Part shown: one piece after another, positions 1 to 12,989 of the stretch | Numbering within the stretch: the stretch's first letter is position 1 | How the letters are laid out: every line of letters begins with the position of its first letter | Assembly: GCF_037042905.1 (NCBI RefSeq) | Contig: NC_087249.1 | Location: forward strand, 8,310,001 to 8,374,000 | DNA length: 64,000 nt | Source of the DNA: Lytechinus pictus | Taxonomy: Eukaryota | Reading direction: 5' to 3' | Program-made: the position numbers and the translations under genes | The notes under the pieces: generated by a model | Databases searched by the model: none | Told to the model about the DNA's origin: nothing | What the model saw: only the letters and a program-made list of their open reading frames with translations

Positions 1-23
1 AGGGGAAAATGTGATGTCTTTTG

Positions 24-455
24 AAGGACAAAGTCCACCCCAACAACAAGTTGTTTTGAATAAGAAGAGAAAAATCCAACAAGCATAACACTGAAAATTT
101 CATCAAAATCGATGTAAAATAAGAAAGTTATGACATTTTTAAATTTCACTCGATTTAAAAAAATTGTTATGTGCACATCCTTGGCTGTATGCAAACGAGG
201 GAACTGATGACGGCACCAACTCACTATTACTTTTTGTATTTTATTATATGAAATATTCTAATTTTCACCTCATTGTCATGTGAAAGAAAGTTTTGTTCCG
301 TCACCATTGTTTTAACATTTTATGGTTCAATAAAAATGATGACTATTGTCAAATTTGAAAAAATTGAAATATTTTAAAATTCATACAATAAAAAACAAAA
401 GAAATTTGCATGTCACAGATTCAAATCAACATCCTTCTGGGGTGGACTTGACCTT
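24..455 (+). mobile_element. Family A Kolobok/T2-like MITE, internally deleted copy
   Basis: Termini AGGACAAAGTCCACCCC...GGGGTGGACTTGACCT. Homologous to 51646-52243. TSD degenerate. Confidence 0.8.
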
Positions 456-746
456 TCAGATGGATACAGAGAAAATCAGAGTTGATTCATGTTGTCAGTT
501 CCAGATTCTTTTGACATGTCTCTGAGCAACCCACACCCCTTTGATACTGTAAGTACCGGTATTCGTTTGCGATGATGGGTGTGGATCTAATGTCTTTGCC
601 CTGCATTTCCCTGTAGATTTTTAGCTCAAGACGAGTGTTCTCCACAGATCTCTGTATATTTAGAAATATTTCACTGACTCCCAGAAATCACACCACCAGG
701 CCAGGGTGGATTCTTTTGAGTCATGCTGCAGAACATCTACATGTAG

Positions 747-1192
747 GGCTGCGTTTATGCGACCTCAAGCCAGAATCATGATTTGAATCATGAATTGAAA
801 CACAAACCTGAATCACAATACCGTAGAATCAGGGTTTAGCCGACTTTCATTCCAATGCTGCCATTTCTCCTCGGATTCGGGCCGATCCAGTGCGCATCAC
901 AGTGCGCATTTTGACCCCATACACGGAGCATATATGCACATACACTGGAAGTAGCCTGACACAACGACGTCATACATGTAGAATCATGATTCGAATCACG
1001 ATTAGGTTTATACAACCTTTTTCGCTCGTGATTCTATTGAAATGTCTTTCCAAACGCCCCTTTTTCTGTATTTCATGTTCATGATTTGAAAGACGTTTAT
1101 TTTCACTTTTGACTATAAACACAACCCTGATTCTGCAAAATCATGATTTGAATCATGATTCTAGGGTAAAAAATTAGTGCATAAACGTTCCC
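747..1192 (+). mobile_element. Family D PIF/Harbinger-like MITE
   Basis: TIR GGCTGCGTTTATGC...GCATAAACGTTCCC with TAG on both flanks (744-746, 1193-1195). Subterminal AATCATGATT palindromes. Inverted homolog at 7247-8046. Confidence 0.85.
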
Positions 1193-2138
1193 TAGAATGC
1201 TCAGTACCCTTGTACAAAATGGCTCTGATTTTATGATTCTAATTCTAATCTCATGATGAGCAATGCAATATACATGTATTAATACAGGGGAAGATATGGT
1301 TTAATTCATTGGGCCACTCTTTTTTATCTTTCAATATTTATTGAATAAATCAACATCAACAGTTATAAAATAATTGCACATACAAAATTACAAATCATGA
1401 AAAAAAAATCATTTTGGGGTAGTCTTTGACAACTTGATATTGGAAAAGAAAGATGTATACTGCACTTGTGTATCAAGAGTGTGATAAGAGTTGTTAATCT
1501 CTATTATTTAACAATGTAGATTTCAGCTTTGATTGTTTACTTTTCTTGATAAAAAGTATCAAATATTTACTTCTGTTTAGTCATTGTGTACTTACAATGA
1601 TAGGGCCAGACTGAAAAGTTGCCAAAAAGAAATGGATTCCTTGTACCACATTTTTATTTCCATTTTATACACAAAATATGTTTTGGTTATGTGTGTTTTC
1701 TCAATAAACAAACTGTAGAATGTGTTCAATTTTTACTGTTTAGAGCTAAACTTATATTTGGTTCTTTACAATACCAAAAAATATTGAACACATGTACATG
1801 TATACAGTAATAACAGTATATCACACTTTTTCATCAATATCCATGCATACTACATGTATACTATGTAGCAGAAACTTCTTTTTTGTAGACTAAGTAATAT
1901 AAGCCTAATTATTAGCATTTATGTATACAATAGAATATCTAATCATGAAAAATCGTACATGTAATTGTAGAATGTCACTTCTCTTGGACTAGTTGAATTG
2001 TAGTGAGCTAAATCCAAGGTACATTGGATTTGATTGTGTGCGAGTGAATGTTTGTTGACATGAATCAAATGTAGCATGAACCAATTGATTCTAACTGCAT
2101 GTCCCATGGATGCAGACAAGCGTTTGTACAATGTATAA

Positions 2139-2360
2139 GACCCCATTCTCATTATACTTTCTAAAACTAGCTTACTGGGAACTGGTTCAGGAAACCAGAT
2201 TTGAAGATCGCTTTGCTAGCTTTCTCATCTGATCAGCCAAAAGTGGTTTTCAAAACCACTTCACGTAAAGCGGTCTTGCTACGGGAACATTGAACACAAT
2301 TGAGTTTTGAAACATCTTTAAATTTGCTCTCGCAGTGGAAGCCTACACAAACAGGTGCCA
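2139..2360 (-). mobile_element. Family C Harbinger-like MITE, partial
   Basis: Matches the reverse complement of the right end of 10794-11244 (CTAAAACTAG..GAAGATCGCTTTGCTAGC). Confidence 0.7.
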
Positions 2361-4880
2361 GAATTGACCTTTCTTGTGATGGGTCATACTGCGTACTAAA
2401 GCTGCGCTAACGAAAGCGGGAAATTTAAAGACGATCAACATATAATCAGCTTTATATTTTCGACACTGAACAGTGCAATGCTGATCGTGTTTGAGTTCGG
2501 CGTTTTCTAATTAAGTTTTCAATCATGATTCATGTTGCTGTTTGAATTTTAAAATCAACATTGAACACACCCTTGGTATAGGAGTGGATAGATAACACCA
2601 TGGATGAAATAAAGGGTTTTGAAAGAACTGTTGACTGTTTCATGATAATGCCTCTATGAATTTTCAAGATAAATCTGATATAAACGCAATTGTGTGCTTC
2701 CCTAGAAACTGCATATTGGAAGAAACATTGATCTCACCCGATAAAATACTGATCAACGTTTACATGGAACATGAGAAAAGACACAGCTGTATTTTGAACT
2801 GAATGCCTTTTCTGAAATGCTTATTCTGGCCAAAAAGGATCCATGTTCTGGCTAAGAGAACTGTAACATATTTATTATACAATACTTTACATATACATGT
2901 AGATGCAAACACCCATGATGCAATTAGTAGTATGAGCAAGGTGTCCAAGGAACCGTCTTGAAAATAAGATACATGTAAGTCGCACTACGTACTTTAATAT
3001 ATAGACAGTGTACTGTTAGAGAATGGAATGGATATTGGGAAATATTCTCTTGTTCAGCTAAAAGCTGAAAGAATTTTGTGCTGAAAATTTCATTACAACA
3101 TTATATTTCATTTCTCTTTTAAGTCCTAAAGCCTACTTTACAATACACTATTCATGTTGATATACATGTAGACAAACATGCATAATTTATAAAACCCCAC
3201 ATCATTTTCTTTTAAGTCATTGTCAAAAAACAACACACAAATTTAGACACCTGTTTTATCAATGTACCGCAAAGCATGAATTCAGCATTGTTGAATTATT
3301 CCTTCACGGCCTTGCATGTTTTTTATTGATTGTCCTTGCTTGCGATCGAACCCCTTGTCATCATCAAGTGGTAATTTTCTTCGCTGTAACACTTGCCCGG
3401 CATCCAACCATTCATGATCCATACATACACAGTTATTGCAACCCGATGTTAGACAAATCCTAATGAGTTGGTAGTGACAGAGAACACTACAGTTTTTCTG
3501 GAGTGTATTTGTACATTGTTTGTTTATCAGTCACACATCTATTTGACTTTATAAATCTAAGTGCCATAATAAAAAAAAGAAAATGAAAGAGAATAGAAAA
3601 GAAAGAAAAAAGAAGGGAAGAAATCAAAAGAAATCATTATTTGATTTTTCATTTGTATATGTATATATTTTTTTTTCAAGAAAACAAAATTGAAGAATAT
3701 TTATGGTGGCAAAAATAGTCAAACCGACAGGTTGCCAAATAAAAAGAAGAACTCCCCCCCCCCCCCCCTGAGTCAAGACTATATCCCCCAAATAGTTTCA
3801 TAATTTCATGAATATAGACATTTTGTATACATAATACATGGGCGATTCCACGGCCAGTCGCATTACACTTTTACGTGTCTTTTCTATTTACTTGGTGCTG
3901 TCAGTGTTAAAGGGGTGAAGTTTATACTGTGAATTTAACTCGACAACTAAAGCCTTTTTTAATGGAACATTCACCCTGACAAAAATTGTTTTGTAAAAAA
4001 GTAGAAAAAATTATTGCTGTTTAACTTGGTATCAATGTGCAACTGGATCAACCACTTGGAATTCATCTCGTGCATACATGTACATGAAGGTTTCCAGTCT
4101 GAAATGAATTTATAAAACGCTATGTGGCCATAAGAGTTCAAACTCAAGAGTGATAACAGCAGCCTCCATCTGAAAAACACTACCACCACACACTTGAACC
4201 TTCACCGACCTTGTTTCTAATATTCCTCATCTTTTTTGGGGTAGTTCGGGAAGAGAAACCGCCAGACTGCCAAATTTTGACCCAGCGTGAGTCTGTTGTC
4301 TTGTCACAGAGGCGAACCCAGGAAAAATTTAAAGATGAAATGATCGAGTTGCCATGCTATGCATATACTTCCGTTCGAAATAAACTGATTGTGGCATTGC
4401 TTGGAATAAATACTGTAGTTTGGACTCTTTAGATTCATGTATATTAGGAAAAAAAAATCATGAACAGTTAATACCGTAAATGGTCAAAGTGTTTACAACA
4501 AACACAGATACATGTATGTATGCATTAGTTCTTCATATATGTAGAGGGTAGATAGGCTAACATATTTATATTTCGTCAAATTCTTGTAAAAATGCAATTT
4601 TTTGTTAAAAACTGAAATTTAAATACTGATTTTTATAAACTCATTCTTTTAAGGGGATGTCAATTTCTTAACAGAAAATGAATCCTTCAAAACGGAACTG
4701 AAATTGTGACAATAGTGATAAATTTGTCCTTGCCTGGAAAAATCCATCTTTATCTTTAAACCCATCCAAATAGATTCTTGTTGTTGAATTGTCTGGGATG
4801 ATAGCAGGATATATCTTGAGGCTATACCTTTCAATCTTTTACTAAAGATAATTTTTCTGGACTGAGACATCTGTGTAGTT

Positions 4881-5361
4881 GGTTGTATTCAGACCCACTC
4901 GATCATCAGAATACCTGATATGTTTAATACGAGAACTTGTTAAGGCCAAAAAAATATTTTCATAATTATTTTTTGCAGTCACACCGACCCGTATGGGAAT
5001 TTTCTCAGTTATAAGCATGCACAGTATAGTTTGATTATCATGATAGGCGCATGATTCAAAATCGCCAGCTCAGCAGCCCACGGCGCTTGCCTCCAACTAC
5101 ATGTACTCGCTGGGTGGAGAAAGTTCTCATAATTTGCTTTCACACTGCAAGAACACCCGCGTCCTTGGAAATTTCCCCTTGGAAGTTCTCATAATTTTTA
5201 CAAGTATTTGCGATTTAGCAGGTATTTTCTTTCAGGAATAGTACAAATAATTTGCTTTCACACAGCCAAAAATTCCTGGTGTTTGCTGTTTCAGGGTAGA
5301 TCAAATTTCCCAATCAGAGAATACCTTGTAATCTTGAACTTCGAGGCGGTCTGAATATGCC
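4881..5361 (-). mobile_element. Family E MITE (Harbinger-like)
   Basis: Ends GGTTGTATTCAGACC...GGCGGTCTGAATATGCC. Repeated TTTGCTTTCACAC motifs shared with 32961-33825. Confidence 0.75.
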
Positions 5362-6014
5362 TGAAGATTGAGAGGAAATTCACAAGACATGTATCAATGA
5401 ATATACTGCCTTTCAGAACATTCAGTTGTGTTTGTGTGAGAAAGACAGAAGGCAGAGGAATTTATATAGCACCAAATAGAGAAAAGGGGAAATGGGAAGG
5501 AAACTGGGAAAGAAAGAAAAAAGGAGGGTTAATTGGGGGTCAAGTTCAAGTCACATGTGAAAGGAAAAGGTTCTTCAATCTCAAGTACAATGTATAATGG
5601 GAAACCTTTAGTTTCACAGGAAAACGGTTGCCTGTATTTTTTTTATAATCACTGAATATTGTCATAGTGACAAAGTAATTTAATATATTCAATGAATTTC
5701 ATTCGTGGAGAGAATGGAAAGGTACAAATTAATGCTACATGTAGTTTCCCCATTAAGAGAGTGGTCAGTGTTTGACTGGTTTTATAGCAATTTCACAAAT
5801 TAGAAAACCTTTTTTTGCTCAATTTTTGACTGATGTCAATTTCCTTTTTTTTTAAATAACTATTTAGCACAGTATAGGCCTACATGTATGTACACATGAC
5901 TATTGTAGATTTTGTAGAAGTATGCCTTTTTACTTATATACATGTATTCTCTCTTTTTAAAACTAGATTATCTAGAGCATAAGTTTAATATGTAGCATAC
6001 ATGATGCAGGCCTA

Positions 6015-6244
6015 CACTGTTAAAAATTATTTAAATGACACTGTTTACTATGTGAATTGCACAGTAGCTGTGAAAACATTTTAAACAAGTGTTTAAAATC
6101 TTAAACAAAGTTTAAATTCAAATGTTGAATTATCAATGATTTAAGCATGGTTGTTTAAGATTGTGAACACTTGTTTAAACTGTTTTAACAACTACTGTGT
6201 GATTCACATAGTAAACAGCATTGTTTAAATAAATTTTTACAGTG
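6015..6244. mobile_element. Palindromic CACTG...CAGTG hairpin MITE (CACTA/EnSpm-like termini)
   Basis: Arms of about 95 bp are reverse complements (CACTGTTAAAAATTATTTAAA..CTGTTTACTATGTGAAT / ATTCACATAGTAAACAG..TTTAAATAAATTTTTACAGTG). Confidence 0.75.
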
Positions 6245-7246
6245 TGCACTGTAAGTTGTTTGTTCTAGATTTAAAGGCAATACAGGTGTACATTCAATTA
6301 TACAGAATATCGTTGCAGCATGCACTGATGATAAAATCATTTGGAATTGCTTCAAAACATAATATAAATTTTGTTTTCTTCTGTTCAGCTACATGTAATT
6401 AGTTCATTGTACGCGGGTGCATTGCATGCACTGCACCACTTGTCATATTCTTTGTTTGCCGCTTCTCTTGACGTCATGGCATTAGGAAGTTTCACAAACC
6501 CATGTCACCTGAATAGATTGCAAATAATGATGGGTGGTTCTGACCCTGCCCTTTTATCAAATCCTCAACAACAAAAATCATCACATTTTTATGCCAGTGA
6601 TTTGCAGAACGTCACTATTTAGGAGTTCTTTACAAGTTAATTGTGGCAATGTGTGGCAAAGGGCTGAAGAATCATGTTTTATGTATACAGACGACAGGTA
6701 CTGTATAAGCTCTCCACAGAGGTATTCCTCCATGGTTTACCCATTGTGTTATGTAAGAGTCAATAGCGAAAGTTTACCATGTACTTGTCAGTGCACTTTT
6801 CCTTCTTCAGCACCAATTGGGTTTATACTTTCTACTCACAGGTATCTGCTAGCTGCTATTTGGTTTTCATGTAGTACTTGATACAGTAGGAAGTGTCATA
6901 AATCATACTTAGGGACCCATGTCTAGACTTGCCTCATTGCTGTTTTGTCATTGGCCACATATTGCTAAAAATAATGTTCTTGCAGGATATAATTGTAGGT
7001 CCTACTGTGGCGTAGCATTATCTCTGCACTCATTTTGTTTGAAAATGAAATAATGAATCTGGTAACGAGGATTAATGTACGACGTGTAATTCAAGACGAG
7101 GTAAATAATAATTGATACATGAAAGATGATGACTGATAACTGTACATGTGAATTGAAATGATTGGACTGAGAGGAAAAAAGTACTGATTTAGAATAACCA
7201 ATGAAGATAATGTTTGAATTATTGACGATTTCACTTGCTATACTAA

Positions 7247-8046
7247 GGGTGCGTTTATCCGCCACTTTTTTACCCTAGAATCATGATCTGAATCATGATT
7301 CAAATCATGATTCTGCAGAATCACGATTGCGTTTAGTCGAAATTGAATATAATCATGATTAGAATCACAAACATGAAACACGAAAAAAGGGGCGTTTGGA
7401 AAGACGTTTCTGCAGAATCACGTACGAAAATGTTCGAATAAACGATATCGTGATTACAATCATGATTCTATGACCTCACTGTTGTGTCGGGCTACTTTCG
7501 GTTTGACTCTTGCCATGCTCAAGGCGCTCTATATGCTCATTGTATGTACATGATTATGTACTACGCATGCATTTCTTGTCATGTTCAAGTTCTGTGTTGG
7601 TCATCGCATCGTCCACTACTTTTCATTTTTTGGTCATGTCTTCAACTTCAAGTTCTAGTAAATGAATTAATTACTGGACAGACAATGATCTCAGTTGTTG
7701 TTGAGTATACAGTATCAATATTAAATTGGATCTACGCTGAAATTCACTTCCGAACACCATTTTGGATAAACTAACAAGATGATTAGAAGCATATGGACCC
7801 TATATGATAGAAGTAAACAAAATGAGGTATAAACTGAATTCTGGAAGCAAAAGATTTTTCGAGAGCCGAAACACGTGCGAAAAACTTCCTCTGTCAAACT
7901 GCGCACTAGATGAGGAGAAACAGCATTGGAATGAAGGTCGTCTAAACGCTGATTCTGTGATATTGTGATTCATGTTTGTGTTTTGAATCATGATTCAAAT
8001 CATGATTCAAATCATGATTCTGGCTTGAGGTCGCATAAACGCAGCC
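7247..8046 (-). mobile_element. Family D PIF/Harbinger-like element, longer copy with a Myb/SANT relic
   Basis: TIR GGGTGCGTTTAT...ATAAACGCAGCC, TAA TSD (7244-7246, 8047-8049). Confidence 0.85.
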
Positions 8047-8176
8047 TAAGTCGCAGGGATTGGTAGGGGCGATCATAAACATCAATACAGAACAACCTTT
8101 TACTGAATCTTTATCTGTATAAAGCAATCATTTATGAACACCTTTTTTTCCCCTTTTTTGCTCTGCTTGATCTTAA

Positions 8177-9126
8177 AGGTCAAGTCAACCTCAGAAAAAT
8201 GCTGACATGAATAAATAGAGAAAAATCAAACTAGCATACATGTAGTGCTAAAAATTTCATCAAAATCGGATGTAAAATAAGAAAGTTATGAAATTTTAAA
8301 GTTTCGCTTATTTTTCAAAAAACAGTGATATGCACAACTAGGTTAGTCAGTCGATGATGTCCATCACTCACTATTTCTTTTGTTTTTTATAGATTTGACA
8401 ATAACGACCAACTTGACTGAACCATATGGTATTAAAGAGAAATTCCAGTAGTTGCAGTAAACACTGATTTCATGAGAAAGTCTGTAAAACCAGGCATAAT
8501 TGTCAGTATATCATCGAGGATCTAGATCTGGTACAGTTACATAAACTGAACTTTGTGAAATCTTGAAATCTATGCTGAAAATGTTCAGACTGAACTTCCC
8601 CAACACAGATAAGCGCACGTGGGACTGTGTATAATTATTGCTTTGAGCGTCGGGCCCGACGCTCTACCCGAATCCTGTGCTTATTTGATGATTTCTCAGC
8701 AATTACACAATTTCTTCCAGAATCCTTTGGCACATGCGTTTTATTTATACAACAGACACTTTGGTGGTCATTTCATTGGATTCTGTACGAACTCATTTTG
8801 ATATCGTTACCAAAACTAGCATTTACCTTTAAACAATCCTAATTCCACATGTTCAGGGAGGAATTAACCGTTGTATCACTTGACAATGAGGAGAAAATTA
8901 GAATATTTCATATAATAAAATACAAAAGAAATAGTGAGTGGATGACGTCATAGTCTCCTCATTCGCATACCAGCCATGATGTGCATAGAACTGATTTGTG
9001 AAATTAAGCGAAATTTTAAAATGTCATAACTTTCTTATTTTACCTCCGATTTTGATGAAATTTTCAGTGTTATGCTTGTTGGATTTTTCTCTTTTTATCC
9101 AAATCAACTTTTTGTTGGGGTGGACT
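8177..9126 (-). mobile_element. Family A Kolobok/T2-like MITE interrupted by a family B insertion
   Basis: TTAA|AGGTCAAGTC start and TTGTTGGGGTGGACT end. Host sequence resumes after 8832. Confidence 0.8.
8436..8828 (+). mobile_element. Family B Kolobok-like MITE nested in family A
   Basis: TTAA on both flanks (8432-8435, 8829-8832). Termini AGAGAAATTCCAG...CTAGCATTTACCT. Homologs at 25116 and 36998. Confidence 0.8.
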
Positions 9127-9891
9127 ATTAAAAATAAAACTTTTCAGACTGATTGATAGTTCTTTATTAGAGGGGTCAATGCAGTAAAAAGAAGGAAAAA
9201 AATGATTGCGATTGATTTTTTTTTGTAGAATTTGATTTTGTGGTTTCAACCCCTGAAGATCCAAATTATTGTACTTACAATGTAGAATTTAATCATGATC
9301 CAAGCTGTTTTAGAATTCAGGGGGGGTTGGGGCAATTTCATTCAGAAGTGGTAAAAAGAGCCCTAAAAAAACCCACAATTCACTGCAATGTTAAAGCTTA
9401 TCAAATGTTGCAGATTTAGGCATTATGTTATGAAAAGCAGGCCCCCCCCCCGAAAAACTATATATATTTTTTTTGTCTGTTATCGATACAGCACTTTGTA
9501 CAAAGCAGGAAATATGAGCTTGGCAGAAGCTGCTCTGCTGGGATTTTTCCCTGGTTTATTATTCATCAATGTTGAATTTATTTTACAAATTTTCAATTTA
9601 ATCACTTTAGGGCCAGAAAGGCCAAAGACACTCATGGGTTAACACTAATAACACCCTTAGGCTTAGGGCTCCCCGCATATGATATTACATGAATAAGTAG
9701 TTTCATTCCATTGAGGTCTTCAGATATTTCATTTATGCCTCATGAACTCTAAATTTAGCCTATATTGCCACCTCGTTCTCATAAGTTAGCGATAGGTCAG
9801 AGAAGAGCAAAAGCGCAAATTATCAATTTGCTAGGGTTTATTCAGAGCGGTATTTCATTTAAAGGTGAAAGATTACTTTTAAAGGAGCAAT

Positions 9892-10298
9892 GGGCGATTC
9901 CATGCAAGAAAAATCAGCCATTTTCAGGACACTTTTCAACCTGCTGTCCAAACAAATAAGGAACTTCAATTTGTTTCATGGTAATATTAAAGTACTACTG
10001 GGTAGTAAACTAGTAATGTAAAAAAAAATGACAACCAAGCAAACTATGTTGTCCATTGATGATTTAGGGTTGAAAATGTTGCGTGTCATACGGTACGTTC
10101 TGAGTCCCGTACGGCACACAACATTTTCACCTGTCATTCACCCGTATTCAAATACTTTTTGTTGGTCATCAGTTTTTCACGTCATTACCTGCTTTAACTT
10201 TATCATTGACAAAAAGAAAGTTTTATTGCTCAAGTATTCAGCTATTAAAGAGACTATGAATTGTCAAAATGTCCCGTACGACATGTATGGAATTGCCC
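9892..10298. mobile_element. GGG...CCC TIR element with AT flanks (ISL2EU/Harbinger-like)
   Basis: TIR GGGCGATTCCATGCA / TGTATGGAATTGCCC with AT on both sides. The same GGGCGATTCCA end follows AT at 3840. Confidence 0.65.
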
Positions 10299-10490
10299 AT
10301 AAGGGGGTTTTCAATAAAATATTTCACAACCTGCCCATGATGCAGGATCTTCTCTCCCTTCAAGCTACGTTCTTGTCCTTATTTTTGTGCAGTAAGGCTT
10401 ATTTTTTTTTTAAATCAGAAGATTTAGTATCATGGATGAGATATCCTTAGCTCATTTTTCACCAAACTAGTATAACATCAAACACATTTT

Positions 10491-11433
10491 AGGCAATTCC
10501 ATGAAATTATCAACCATTTTATGCATCCAACCCCCATTTTTTCTCCATTCCTACTTCTCGTCACACAATGCCCCACTCATTTTCAATTGAGAACTTTACC
10601 AAGTTTGATAAGAATTATATTAAGAGAGACCCGGTTCTCATCTACTTTATTCAAGTGGTTTCCCTTATACCAGTTTAGAAGATCACTTCGCTTACCTTCT
10701 CATCACCACCTCCTGAGTAGTGCGCCCACAGAACGGACGTGCTTAAACCAGTTTAATATAAAGGCAAAGCGGTCTTGAAAACCACATCACTAGGAGGCTG
10801 TTCTCACTACGTTCCTAAAACTAGTTTAGTGGAAACCAGTTTAACGCGTAGTGAGAACGGTCGAAGCGGTCTTGGAAGCGATCTTCCAAACCAGTTTGGA
10901 AAACCACCTCGCGATGTAGTTTTCAAGATCGCTTTGCCTCGTTAAACTGGTTTTAGCGTAAGTGAGGACACAACCGTTCTTCGGGAAGCGATCTTCGCAC
11001 ATTTTGAGCGCGCTACTCCACACGACAGGTGTAGAATGCCTATATGCTGCGGTTTCGAATTTCGCGCGAAACGTGTCACCCCACTGAGAGCATTTCCATA
11101 GCAACAAGAGCGCTTTACGTGAAGTGATTTTGAAAACCACTTTCGTGTGATCAAGTGGGAACGCTAGCAAAGCGATCTTCCAAAGTGGTTTCCTGAATCG
11201 GTTTCCAGTAAACTAGTTTTAGAAAGCGTAATGAGAACGGCCTCTAGGTGGTTTTCCAAACTGGTTTGGAAGACCTCTAAAGGTCGCTTACAAGACCATT
11301 TAGAGCATTCCAATTACACATTAAACTGATTTCCACTAAACTAGTTTTAAGGACTTAGGTGAGAATGGGGTTAGCGACAAATAATTTCAGGAAAGGTCCC
11401 ACATACAGGGGGTCGGATGTTATGGAATTACCC
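10491..11433. mobile_element. Outer TIR element hosting two nested family C copies
   Basis: GGCAATTCCAT..CATCCAACCCCC at left pairs with GGGGGTCGGATG..ATGGAATTACCC at right. Confidence 0.55.
10794..11244 (+). mobile_element. Family C Harbinger-like MITE, full copy
   Basis: TIR GAGGCTGTTCTCACTACG..CTAAAACTAGTTTA / TAAACTAGTTTTAG..CGTAATGAGAACGGCCTC with TAG TSD (10791-10793, 11245-11247). Confidence 0.88.
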
Positions 11434-12365
11434 TGCCATATATAAAGCTATATTGTGGTCATGCAGATCTGTACCTCAAAACCTCATGTTGCACATATAG
11501 TTTGCTTTTTATCAATTATGAAATAAACTGCCAACATATATGGTTTTTCTACTTCCTGCATGTGTGTTGATTGAGTGCAATGAAAGCATTCACAATTTCC
11601 TTTCAGATGTCCATTCATTTGTTTACATTTTAGATCATAAATATATTTCCATACAAATCTGTGCAATGTGCAAGTTTATTGTCTCAGATAGTGAATTCAT
11701 ACTGAAACCTTGCTGATATAGATAAAAAGATTATACTAGACTAATAAGTCATTAAACTTTTAAAACAATTGTTTGAAACATTAAATGCAGTTTAAAGTAG
11801 ACGAGGGAAATACAGTATGCAAACTTCAAATGTCATGCAGTCCTTTAAGGCTGTGTGGCCAGACATTGCCCACTATGTCTAGCAGATTATTACATTTTTC
11901 TGAAATTATTCCCATGGAGCCAGCGGGCAAACCATTGCTTGGTGTTCATGTGTGCGTAGGATTTTATTGGTATGTAGGATTTTTATAGCGTCTGCTACTC
12001 CGCTGTTTCAGGAACTTGAATCCACTGTGAAAACAATAGTACCATAGAATTAAAAGATTGAAAGCGACAATGTTTTGAAGATGTGTGAGGTTATACTTGG
12101 ATTGTATGACCTCAAGAAATGCGAATGTACTTTCTTGTGTTTTGATCAACAAGTAATAGGGCTAATTTTCTGACATAGGCCTACATATACATGTAGGGCC
12201 TACTTATTAACTAAATTTCAATCACCACTCTCGTTTTATAGGGATGTGGTTATAATGCAATGAGGAGAAAGCTCCTTGAATGCACATTACACCGGAGTCC
12301 TCTCATGCATTTTCTATTACATGTAATTTATTTACATTACACTTCCAAAATGACAAGTTTGGTTT

Positions 12366-12989
12366 AGGACAAGTCCACCCCAACAAAAAGTTGATATGAA
12401 TAAAAAGAGAAAAATCCAACAAGCAAAACACTGAAAACTTCATCAAAATCGGATGTAATATAAGAAAGTTACATGTATGACATTTTAAAATTTTGCTCAA
12501 TTTCACAAAACAGTTATACGCACATCCTGGTCGGTATACAAATGAGGAGACTGATGACATCATCCACTCACTATTTCTTTTGTATTCTATTACATGAAAT
12601 ATGAAATATTCTAACTTTTTTCCTCATTGTCAAGTGAAACAACGCTTGATTCCTCCGCTTGATTCCTCCATGTACATGTGGAACTAGCATTGCTTGAAAC
12701 TACCGGTATATGATTCAGTCAAGTTGGTTCCTATTGTCAAATCTGTAAAATTGAAATATTGTATAATTCAAACAATAAAAAACAAAAGAAATAGTGAGTG
12801 ACGGACATCATTGACCATCTAATTTGCATGTCACTGAGTTGTGCATATCACTGTTTTGTGAAAAATAAGTGAAACTTTAAAATGTCATAACTTATTTTAC
12901 ATCCAATTTTGATGAAATTTTCAGCGTTATGCTAGTTTGATTTTTCTCCATTTGTTCAATTCAACCTTTTTCTGGGGTGGACTTGACCT
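12366..12989 (+). mobile_element. Family A Kolobok/T2-like MITE
   Basis: AGGACAAGTCCACCCC...GGGGTGGACTTGACCT with long imperfect inverted arms. Confidence 0.88.

Noticed and set aside
10028..11170. ORFs of 70-140 aa (likewise 20260-20887, 33244-33818, 50370-50780, 57112-57476)
   Set aside because: They lie in or across MITEs and low-complexity tracts, with no recognisable intact domain.
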